From Dechloromonas sp. (GTDB lineage: Bacteria; Pseudomonadota; Gammaproteobacteria; Burkholderiales; Rhodocyclaceae): 64,000 bases of DNA. A program made the position numbers and the translations under genes. This document shows positions 10,727 through 18,785 of this stretch, one piece after another. The notes below the pieces were generated by a model, which saw only the letters and a program-made list of their open reading frames with translations, did no database searches and had not been told where the DNA came from. The stretch's first letter is position 1. Each line of letters starts with the position of its first letter. The DNA lies in the NCBI GenBank assembly GCA_016790965.1, contig JAEUNZ010000001.1:27095-91094 (forward strand), written 5' to 3'.

Positions 10727-10981
10727 ATGGACGACAACGGCAAGGCCTATTGGTCCGCTACGCTGGGCCTACTCACCAAAATTCTGGTGATATGGTTCCT
10801 GGTGTCCTTCGGCGCTGGAATTCTTTTCGCCGATGCGTTGAATTCAATCAAGCTTGGGGGCTACCCGCTGGGTTTCTGGTTTGCCCATCAGGGATCGATC
10901 TATGTTTTCGTGGCGCTAATCTTTGTCTACGCCAAGGCCATGGGCAATATCGACCGCAAATTCGACGTCCACGAAGACTAA
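10727..10981 (+). CDS. DUF4212 small membrane subunit of a solute:sodium symporter
   Basis: 84 aa, two TM, GGAGGAG RBS. It lies immediately upstream of a VC_2705-type SSS permease, the conserved pairing for DUF4212. Confidence 0.8.
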   Translation: MDDNGKAYWSATLGLLTKILVIWFLVSFGAGILFADALNSIKLGGYPLGFWFAHQGSIYVFVALIFVYAKAMGNIDRKFDVHED

Positions 10982-10990
10982 GGAGCACCC

Positions 10991-12805
10991 ATGGATCTGC
11001 AAAACATAACCTATCTGGTGGTCGGCGCGACCTTTGCGCTCTACATCGGAATCGCGATCTGGGCACGAGCCGGCAGTACTAGCGAATTCTACGTCGCCGG
11101 CGGCGGGGTGCCTCCTGTCATGAATGGCATGGCGACGGCGGCCGACTGGATGTCAGCAGCCTCTTTCATCTCCATGGCCGGCCTCATTTCCAACATGGGT
11201 TACGGCGGCGGCCTGTTTCTCATGGGATGGACGGGTGGCTACGTTCTGTTGGCCATGCTCTTGGCGCCCTACCTGCGCAAGTTCGGGAAGTTCACGGTGC
11301 CTCAGTTCATCGGCGACCGCTTCTACTCCAAGAGTGCGTCAACGGTGGCGGTGCTTTGCCTGCTGACGGCGTCCATCACCTACATCATCGGCCAGATGAC
11401 CGGTGTCGGCGTGGCGTTCTCCCGCTTCCTGGGCGTCAGCAACGAGGTCGGCATCTACGTCGGTATGGGCATCGTGTTCATGTACGCCGTGTTCGGCGGC
11501 ATGAAGGGCATCACGTACACCCAGGTGGCCCAGTACATCGTGCTGATCCTGGCCTACACCATCCCGGCGATCTTCATCAGCCTGCAGCTGACTGGCAACC
11601 CCATCCCGCAGTTGGGACTGGGTTCCGACATGGTCGGCACCGATGTGTCTCTCCTCGCCAGGTTAGATGAGGTGGTCACCGACCTGGGCTTTGGCAAGTA
11701 CACGACGACGACGGCAGGCAGCACGCTGAACATGTTCGTCTACACCCTGTCGCTGATGATCGGTACCGCCGGCCTGCCGCACGTGATCATGCGCTTCTTC
11801 ACCGTGCCCAAGGTTGCCGACGCGCGCATCTCCGCCGGTTGGGCCCTGGTGTTCATCGCCATTCTCTACACGACGGCCCCCGCAGTGGCTGCCATGGCCA
11901 AGATGAATCTGATCCGCACCGTGACTCCGGGCGTGGTGATGAAGGGCGTCGACCCTTACAGCGCCGATGCCCAGATCAAGGCGGACGAGCGTCCTGACTG
12001 GATGAAGCGCTGGGAAAAGACAGGCCTGCTCAAGTTCGAAGACAAGAACGGTGATGGCCGCATCCAGTACTACAACGACAAGACCAAGAACGAAGACGTC
12101 AAGAAGAAGGCTGAAGCCGCGGGCTGGAAGGGCAACGAACTGACGGTCAACGCCGACATCATCGTGCTCGCCAATCCGGAAATCGCGCTCCTGCCGAACT
12201 GGGTGATCGCCCTGGTGGCCGCCGGCGGTCTCGCCGCTGCGCTGTCCACTGCTGCCGGTCTGCTCATGGCCATCTCCGCGGCGGTCTCCCACGATCTGGT
12301 GAAGGGTATCTTCAAGCCCGACATCAGCGAAAAGGGCGAGCTGATGGCGGGCAAGATCTCCATGGCCGTTGCTATCGTCGTTGCAGGCTATCTAGGTCTC
12401 AATCCGCCAGGCTTCGCGGCCGGAACGGTCGCCTTGGCCTTCGGGATCGCCGCGAGTTCGCTCTTTCCGGCCATCATGATGGGCATCTTCAGCAAGAAGA
12501 TGAACAAGGAAGGCGCCATTGCCGGCATGCTGTCCGGCCTGGCCGTCACCTTGTTCTACGTCTTCGCGCATAAAGGCATCTTCTTCATCAAGGGTACCGA
12601 TTATCTGGACGTGATCGGTGGCGCCAACAGCTTCTTCGGCATCACTCCGGAAGCCTTCGGCGCCGTCGGCGCACTCCTCAACTTCATCGTCGCCTTCGTG
12701 GTGGACAAGATGACCAAGGAGCCGCCCGAGCATATCCAGCACCTCGTCGAAAGCGTTCGCGTACCCCGTGGCGCCAAGGCAGTGGATGGCTCGCACGCCC
12801 ACTGA
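10991..12805 (+). CDS. Solute:sodium symporter family permease (ActP/VC_2705-like, with large internal soluble loop)
   Basis: 604 aa, ~13 TM. SSS-family N-terminal motifs (EFYVAGGGVPPVMNGMATAADWMSAASFISMAG) and a hydrophilic insertion (..KADERPDWMKRWEKTGLLKFEDKNGDGRIQYYND..). Confidence 0.9.
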   Translation: MDLQNITYLVVGATFALYIGIAIWARAGSTSEFYVAGGGVPPVMNGMATAADWMSAASFISMAGLISNMGYGGGLFLMGWTGGYVLLAMLLAPYLRKFGKFTVPQFIGDRFYSKSASTVAVLCLLTASITYIIGQMTGVGVAFSRFLGVSNEVGIYVGMGIVFMYAVFGGMKGITYTQVAQYIVLILAYTIPAIFISLQLTGNPIPQLGLGSDMVGTDVSLLARLDEVVTDLGFGKYTTTTAGSTLNMFVYTLSLMIGTAGLPHVIMRFFTVPKVADARISAGWALVFIAILYTTAPAVAAMAKMNLIRTVTPGVVMKGVDPYSADAQIKADERPDWMKRWEKTGLLKFEDKNGDGRIQYYNDKTKNEDVKKKAEAAGWKGNELTVNADIIVLANPEIALLPNWVIALVAAGGLAAALSTAAGLLMAISAAVSHDLVKGIFKPDISEKGELMAGKISMAVAIVVAGYLGLNPPGFAAGTVALAFGIAASSLFPAIMMGIFSKKMNKEGAIAGMLSGLAVTLFYVFAHKGIFFIKGTDYLDVIGGANSFFGITPEAFGAVGALLNFIVAFVVDKMTKEPPEHIQHLVESVRVPRGAKAVDGSHAH

Positions 12806-12813
12806 GCGAGTGT

Positions 12814-12839
12814 CGCCGGGCGGCCTTTGCCGCCCGGCG
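12814..12839 (+). terminator. GC-rich hairpin after the symporter gene
   Basis: CGCCGGGCGG-CCTTTG-CCGCCCGGCG is a perfect 10-bp stem 9 nt after the stop. No clear U-tract follows, so its role as an intrinsic terminator is uncertain. Confidence 0.4.
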
Positions 12840-12905
12840 TGTGGCCCATCCCCTGTGAATAACCCAAAGCTCATTGCCGCCGTTGGCGGCTCCCGGGAGC
12901 ATTAG

Positions 12906-13271
12906 ATGGCTTTTGATATCAATACCGCAATGACCTGGATTCTTTTCCTGGCGCTCTTTCCCATGGCCTTTTTCTGGTTGAGGCGGGCTTGGCGCATCAT
13001 CGTCCGTCGCAATTTTTCTGAGGTGGCCTTGAAGCGCGGGGTGGCACCGACCAACCCGGAGAAGTTTGCCCCTTACGCTGCTGCCCTCAACCTGGCCGCA
13101 GGAGCAGTCGCGCTCACCATGGTCGTCGCCGTAGTCGGCTACGGCCTCGCATACGAAACCTGGACGGCGATCGCGGGATCGACCCTGTGGCTCAAGTTCT
13201 TCGGGGATTTCATTCTCGGCCGGCACGCCCACCCATCGCGACCGGAAAGCAGTTGGGCCGGACGGGCCTGA
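12906..13271 (+). CDS. Hypothetical small membrane protein
   Basis: 121 aa with three hydrophobic segments. Sits between the symporter and a two-component pair. No family recognised. Confidence 0.45.
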   Translation: MAFDINTAMTWILFLALFPMAFFWLRRAWRIIVRRNFSEVALKRGVAPTNPEKFAPYAAALNLAAGAVALTMVVAVVGYGLAYETWTAIAGSTLWLKFFGDFILGRHAHPSRPESSWAGRA

Positions 13272-13457
13272 ACGGGCCAACGGCAGATACTCGGTGGGCG
13301 CCATTGCCGGGAAGATCGCCCCAATGCTTACGGCCCGTGCGGGGGTTCGCTTCGGTCATGTCTGCCCAGTTGTGGACAAGCGGGCATCAAGCGCTGACGC
13401 TCGTGGGGAGAGTCGAGTACCATCGTCGGTGAAATCAGGATAAGGAGCTAGGGCGCC

Positions 13458-14150
13458 TTGGCCAACCGTTTGCTCATTGTTGAAGACGATCGCGATCTGG
13501 CGCGCAATCTGATCGAATATCTGGAGCTGCAGGGCTACGTCACCGATTTTGCCGCCGACGGTCAAACCGCGCTCCAACTCGTCGCGGCCGAGCAGTTCGA
13601 TCTGGTGGTATTGGATCTCATGCTACCCGTGATCGACGGGCTTTCGGTCTGCACCAGAATCCGCCAGCAGTTGCACAGCCATGTCCCGGTGGTGATGCTG
13701 ACCGCCAAGGACGAAGTCGATCTCAAGGTTGCGGCCTTGGATATCGGGGCGGACGACTACGTGGTGAAACCTGCTTCGCTACGAGAAATTGAAGCCCGCA
13801 TCCGAGCCCTGATCCGGCGAACGTCGCGGGAGGTCGAGAGTGACGTCTTGATCGTGGATGATCTGCGCTTTGATACGGGAACGATGAAGATCGAGCGCGC
13901 GGGCGTTCCCATTGTCCTTCCGCCCGTGCCGATGCGCATTCTCATGTTGCTGATGAGGCGCTCGCCCAACGTCGTCCATCGCCAGGCCATCCACCGCGAA
14001 ATCTGGGGCGACGAAACGGGGGATGCCCACGCCCTGATCGTCCACATGCATATGTTGCGCAATGCGGTAGACAAGTCGTTCTTCCGGCAGATCATCCACA
14101 CTGTCCGAGGCTTCGGTTACCGGATTGCCTATGAACCCGAAGCCTTATGA
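13458..14150 (+). CDS. OmpR/PhoB-family response regulator
   Basis: TTG start. REC domain (LLIVEDD.., DLVVLDLMLP, LTAKD) plus a winged-helix trans_reg_C domain (..TVRGFGYRI). Confidence 0.9.
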   Translation: MANRLLIVEDDRDLARNLIEYLELQGYVTDFAADGQTALQLVAAEQFDLVVLDLMLPVIDGLSVCTRIRQQLHSHVPVVMLTAKDEVDLKVAALDIGADDYVVKPASLREIEARIRALIRRTSREVESDVLIVDDLRFDTGTMKIERAGVPIVLPPVPMRILMLLMRRSPNVVHRQAIHREIWGDETGDAHALIVHMHMLRNAVDKSFFRQIIHTVRGFGYRIAYEPEAL

Positions 14151-15441
14151 CAGCCTGCGACGCAAGCTGGTGCTGCCTTTTGTCGCGCTCGGCTTTGCGG
14201 TCAGTTCGCTGCTGAGTCTGATCACCTTCGCCCTGGTGGCGGATCTGGAGGAGCGCGCCATCGAACGGACACTGCGTGTCCAGCTGGAATCCTTCCGCAA
14301 CCGCCGCCAAGCCAATCCGGACGCATTGCCTCCCTCGGCCTCGCTTCTCCACGCCCACCCATTGCCGTCGCCCCAGTTTCCTCAGCTCAAAACCGTGCCC
14401 TTGCTCGACGATCGGATCACGCGGCTGATGGCCGAGCAACACGAATACTCGGTACTGGCTGCCCGAGTGGGTGAAGAACCGTTTGCCCTCCTCTACGACC
14501 GTTCGTATGTCACCAGCAGCTTGCGCAAACTGGCGCTTTTTCTCGTCCTGGGCACCGGGTTGATGACGCTTCTTTCCTTCATCATCGGGAATCGCCTTGC
14601 GGGAAAGGTGGTAAAACCCATCGCCAAGTTGCTGGGCGACATCACTGCCCAGTCGAGGGGGGCAGGCCTCGATCAGGCCAGCCGTCCCCGGCTGGCCGCC
14701 GAGGACTACCCCAACGACGACATCGGCCGGCTGGTTCGCGCCGTCGAAGCCTTCTCGCTGCGACTCTACGGCTTTGTCGAGCGGGAAGGATATTTCGCTG
14801 CCGATGTCGCCCATGAGCTGCGCACCCCAATCGCCGTCATCCGGGGTACCGCCGAGGTGCTGGTTGAATACCCGGCTTTACCCGAAGCGGTTCGCCAACG
14901 ATTACATACGATACAGCGCCAGGCGGTGCGCATGGGTCAGATACTCGAAGCCATGCTGCTGCTCGCCCGCGAAGAAGCCGAAGGAAGCGATCCCGCTTGC
15001 GCCGTCGCCGAACTCGTCGAGGATATCGCGGCGGATTTTCGGTTGTCCCTTGCCGACGGGTCGATTCGCCTCGTCTGCGAACTCGATGCTCACCCCATCC
15101 TTCCGGTCGAGCGCTCGCTGGTTTATGTCGTCGTGGCGAACCTCCTTCGGAACGCGTGCGCGCACACCCGGGAAGGGACGATAAGCCTGCGCCTCGAGGC
15201 GGATCGACTGATCATCGAGGATACGGGTGTCGGCATACCGCAGGAGCGTTTTTCGACGCTTTTCCAGCGTCATGTCAAGGGTGAGGAAAGCGTCGGCTAC
15301 GGACTCGGGCTCTCAATCGTTGCCCGCGTCACAGAACGCCTCGGCTGGCGGGTGACGATCGCCAGCGAGCCGGGCAGCGGCACTAAAGTCAGCCTGCTTT
15401 TCCACCCGGACAAATTCAACCGCCTTGATAGACCAGCTTGA
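14125..15441 (+). CDS. Sensor histidine kinase (2 TM, HAMP, HisKA, HATPase_c)
   Basis: The start (TTG 14125 or ATG 14131) overlaps the regulator stop. H-box FAADVAHELRTPIAVI, N box NLLRNACAHT, G boxes DTGVGI and GYGLGLSIV. Confidence 0.85.
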   Translation: MPMNPKPYDSLRRKLVLPFVALGFAVSSLLSLITFALVADLEERAIERTLRVQLESFRNRRQANPDALPPSASLLHAHPLPSPQFPQLKTVPLLDDRITRLMAEQHEYSVLAARVGEEPFALLYDRSYVTSSLRKLALFLVLGTGLMTLLSFIIGNRLAGKVVKPIAKLLGDITAQSRGAGLDQASRPRLAAEDYPNDDIGRLVRAVEAFSLRLYGFVEREGYFAADVAHELRTPIAVIRGTAEVLVEYPALPEAVRQRLHTIQRQAVRMGQILEAMLLLAREEAEGSDPACAVAELVEDIAADFRLSLADGSIRLVCELDAHPILPVERSLVYVVVANLLRNACAHTREGTISLRLEADRLIIEDTGVGIPQERFSTLFQRHVKGEESVGYGLGLSIVARVTERLGWRVTIASEPGSGTKVSLLFHPDKFNRLDRPA

Positions 15442-16261
15442 CGTGCGGGAAGGGAATTTCGACGCCCGCCTCGTCGAAGGCCGCCTTAATTCGCGCGAGA
15501 TACTCCCGGCGCACGCTCCATTGCTCCAGTGGCGCAACTTTGAAACGGCAGCGGATCACGACCGCAGAGTCAGCCCACTGCTCGACTCCGGCAACCTCCA
15601 GCGGCTCCAAGATGCGCCCCGCAAAGCTTGGATCGGTCCGTAACGTCTCTCCCACGCGCCGCATCAGCGCAACCACCTCGTCGATGCGCTCGGCGTACGC
15701 AACACCGATGTCGATGACCGCGTAGGCAAAGCCGAGGCTCATATTGGTGACGACAGTGATATTGCCGTTGGGGATGTAGTGCACATTGCCCGAGTAATCC
15801 CGCAGGCGGAGGTAACGGAGGGTCAATTCCTCGACGGTGCCGGACTTCCCGCCGGCATCAACGACGTCGCCGATGCGGAGCTGGTTTTCCAGAAGGAGGA
15901 AGAATCCCGTGAAGTAATCCTTGACCAGACTCTGCGCTCCGAATCCGACGGCAATACCGATGACCCCGGCGGCTCCTAGGATCGGGGCGACCGAAATGCC
16001 CAACTCCCCGAGGACGAGAATGGCCCCCAGCAGAGTGACTGCGACTGTCAGCACATAGCGTATGACGCGCGAAAGCGTGCGGACTCTCTGTCCGTCCTCG
16101 GTGGTTTCCTGGCGGGCGACGAGAAGCTCTCGCAACTGCGGGACGACGCGGTGGATCGTTCGGAGCGCAAGCAAGGTGAGGATGGCGATCAAGAGAATAC
16201 GCCCGCCTGTAGCGACATGACCGGGAAGCCAGGCTTCCATGGTTTCGAGCAATTGGGCCAT
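15416..16261 (-). CDS. Mechanosensitive ion channel (MscS family)
   Basis: The likely start ATG at 16261 (MAQLLETMEAW..) shares one base with the GH15 stop (TGATG). It has 3 TM and the MscS beta-domain motif (GDVVDAGGKSGTVEELTLRYLRLRDYSGNVHYIPNG). Confidence 0.85.
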   Translation of the reverse strand: MAQLLETMEAWLPGHVATGGRILLIAILTLLALRTIHRVVPQLRELLVARQETTEDGQRVRTLSRVIRYVLTVAVTLLGAILVLGELGISVAPILGAAGVIGIAVGFGAQSLVKDYFTGFFLLLENQLRIGDVVDAGGKSGTVEELTLRYLRLRDYSGNVHYIPNGNITVVTNMSLGFAYAVIDIGVAYAERIDEVVALMRRVGETLRTDPSFAGRILEPLEVAGVEQWADSAVVIRCRFKVAPLEQWSVRREYLARIKAAFDEAGVEIPFPHVKLVYQGG

Positions 16262-18039
16262 CAGAAGGCTTCGTCCCAGCGAATCGAGAGTCGGATCGCC
16301 GAATTGATCAGACCGACCATGCTGTAGGTCTGCACGAAATTGCCCCACAGCTCGCCCGTAGCCGGATCGGCATGCTCGGCGAGCAGTCCGAGGCGATTGC
16401 GGCAGGCCAGGAGCCGTTCGAAGAGCTGTCGCGCCTCGTCCCTTCTCTCCAAGGCGACGAGGGCATTGACGTACCAGAAACTACAGACGAGGAAGGCGTT
16501 TTCCGGCTCACCGAAATCGTCCTTCTCGACATAGCGGAAGATGAAATCGCCGCGCCGCAAGTCCTTGGCTACGGCATCCACGGTCTCCTCGAAGCGCGGA
16601 TCGTCGGCGGCCAGGAAACCCAATTCGGCCAGAAGCAGGAGGCTTGCGTCCATGGCATCGCCTTCGAAGGTGGAGACGAAGCACTTGCGGCGGGTATTCC
16701 AGGCGCGGCGTGAAATCACGCGGTGCAGGCGGTCCGCCTGCTTGCGCCAATACGTGGCGCGTCGGGCGATCCCAAGCCGTTCGGCGATGCGCGCCAGACG
16801 GTCGCAGGCTGCCCAGCACATGACCGCTGAAAAGGTATGGACCCGAGCGCTGCCACGCAGCTCCCAGAGGCCGGCATCGGGTTGGTCGAAGCAGAGGATC
16901 GCCTGCTCGCCCAAGGGCTCGAGACGACGGAAAAGGGCTTCGTCGCCCCGATGGGCGAGCCGTTGATCGAAGAATACATGTGTCGCGGCGAGGATCGCAG
17001 AGCCATAGACGTCGTGTTGGACCTGCCGGTAGGCCTGATTGCCGATGCGCACCGGTCCCATGCCCCGGTATCCGGCCAGGGACGCCACCTCCCGCTCTTC
17101 CAAATCGGCTCGCCCATCGATGCCATAGACCGGCTGTAGCGATGAATTGCCGGCACTCGCGGCGACATTGATGATGTAGCCCAGGTAGCGTTCCATGGTC
17201 CGGGTCGCCCCCAGACGGTTGAGGGCATTGACCACGAAGTAGCCGTCCCGCAACCAGCAGTAGCGATAGTCCCAATTTCGGGTGCTGCCGGCGGATTCGG
17301 GAACCGAGGTGGTCATGGCGGCAATGATGGCCCCGGTATCGTCGTAGGCATTGAGCTTTAGGGTGATGGCAGAGCGGATCACCGCCTCCTGCCATTCGAA
17401 AGGGATACTGAGGACGCGCGCCCACTCGCGCCAGTACTGGGCGGTCTCTTCCTGAAAATGGCGCCCCACCTCGGTCACGGAATCGTGGACGCTCTCGTCC
17501 GGACCCAGAATGAGGGTCACGCTGTCAGCAAGATAGAACGGCGTTTCCTGCAGGATCGCGGTCAGCGATGCATCCGTGGTCAGCCGCAGGGTGAGATCGG
17601 GTCCGACGAAGCGGACATGGTTGCTCCCTCGGGTGACTTCAGGGCGGGCGACTCCATCGCCGCAGGCGGGACGCAACCGCAGGGTCAGGCGCGGGCTGCC
17701 CGACACCTTGGCGATACGGCGTACCAGCATCATCGGACGGAAAATCCGTCCGTATTGGCCAAAGCGCGGGGCGAAGTCGGTCACTTCGACGCAACCGCCC
17801 TGCCGGTCGAAGAGCCGCGTCGTCAGGATCGCCGTGTTCTCGAGGTAGTGCTGCTCGGAGTGGGAGTACTCGGCGAGGTCCACGGCAGCGCAGCCGATTT
17901 CGTCATTGTCGCGTAGGAGAGCGCAGAACCACGGGTCGCCGTCGAAGCGAGGAAAGCATGCCCAGGTGACGGTGGCTCGCGTGTCGATCAGGGCGCCGAT
18001 GGTGCAGTTGCCGATGAGTGCTTGTTCTAGGGAAGTCAT
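16261..18039 (-). CDS. Glycoside hydrolase family 15 (glucoamylase/trehalase-like)
   Basis: The likely start ATG at 18039 (MTSLEQALIGNC..) overlaps the otsB stop (ATGA). GH15 (alpha/alpha)6 catalytic-domain motifs (..NWDYRYCWLRDG.., ..LWE..). Conserved partner of otsAB. Confidence 0.85.
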   Translation of the reverse strand: MTSLEQALIGNCTIGALIDTRATVTWACFPRFDGDPWFCALLRDNDEIGCAAVDLAEYSHSEQHYLENTAILTTRLFDRQGGCVEVTDFAPRFGQYGRIFRPMMLVRRIAKVSGSPRLTLRLRPACGDGVARPEVTRGSNHVRFVGPDLTLRLTTDASLTAILQETPFYLADSVTLILGPDESVHDSVTEVGRHFQEETAQYWREWARVLSIPFEWQEAVIRSAITLKLNAYDDTGAIIAAMTTSVPESAGSTRNWDYRYCWLRDGYFVVNALNRLGATRTMERYLGYIINVAASAGNSSLQPVYGIDGRADLEEREVASLAGYRGMGPVRIGNQAYRQVQHDVYGSAILAATHVFFDQRLAHRGDEALFRRLEPLGEQAILCFDQPDAGLWELRGSARVHTFSAVMCWAACDRLARIAERLGIARRATYWRKQADRLHRVISRRAWNTRRKCFVSTFEGDAMDASLLLLAELGFLAADDPRFEETVDAVAKDLRRGDFIFRYVEKDDFGEPENAFLVCSFWYVNALVALERRDEARQLFERLLACRNRLGLLAEHADPATGELWGNFVQTYSMVGLINSAIRLSIRWDEAF

Positions 18040-18785
18040 GCCATCCCTTCCAGCATCTGGGCGAGCCAGGCCCGCACTGCCGTCACGTCCGCCAGCCGAT
18101 GACCTGCGCAAGTTCGGCCACTTCCTACCCTGATCGAGATTCCCTGGGCCTTATTGACAGCCGCGAAAGCCCGTTCATCGGTGACATCGTCGCCAATGAA
18201 GACGGGACAGCGTCCGCGAAACGGAGATTCCCGGAGAAATTCGGTGACCGCCGTTCCTTTGTCGACTCCGGCCGGCTTGGCTTCGACCACGCATTTCCCG
18301 CGCTGGACCTCCAGCAGCGGAGCCGTCTCGGCCACCAGCTCGCGCATCACATGGTGGGCGTAACCGGCCATATTGGGGATGCGCCGATAGTGGAGCGCGA
18401 TGGAGAGCCCTTTGTCTTCGAGCAACAATTCGGGATAGCGGCGAATGATGGGCTGCAGGACCTGGAGGATACGATGTTTCGCATCGGGGGCGATCGGGTG
18501 CAGCCACAACCTACCGGAGGCATCGCGACGCTCGAGGCCGTGCTGCCCAGCCCGGGGAACCCGGACCTGCTTCAAGTGGATGTCGAGATCCGAGATCGAG
18601 CGTCCGCTGACGACTGCCATGGCGCCGCCGCACGCCGCATGCAGATGTTCGACGAGCTGCAGGAGAGCGGCGTCGACGTGGATTCCGTCCGGAGTATCGG
18701 CAACGTCGAGGAGGGTACCGTCGAAATCGAGGAAATAGGCCCAGTCGCGGCTTGGTCTGGGAAGGATTCGCCGGCGCATCGTCAT
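18036..18785 (-). CDS. otsB: Trehalose-6-phosphate phosphatase
   Basis: HAD motif I FLDFDGTL, motif II VVSGR, and C-terminal FIGDDVTDE. The start overlaps the otsA stop (ATGA). Confidence 0.88.
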   Translation of the reverse strand: MTMRRRILPRPSRDWAYFLDFDGTLLDVADTPDGIHVDAALLQLVEHLHAACGGAMAVVSGRSISDLDIHLKQVRVPRAGQHGLERRDASGRLWLHPIAPDAKHRILQVLQPIIRRYPELLLEDKGLSIALHYRRIPNMAGYAHHVMRELVAETAPLLEVQRGKCVVEAKPAGVDKGTAVTEFLRESPFRGRCPVFIGDDVTDERAFAAVNKAQGISIRVGSGRTCAGHRLADVTAVRAWLAQMLEGMA

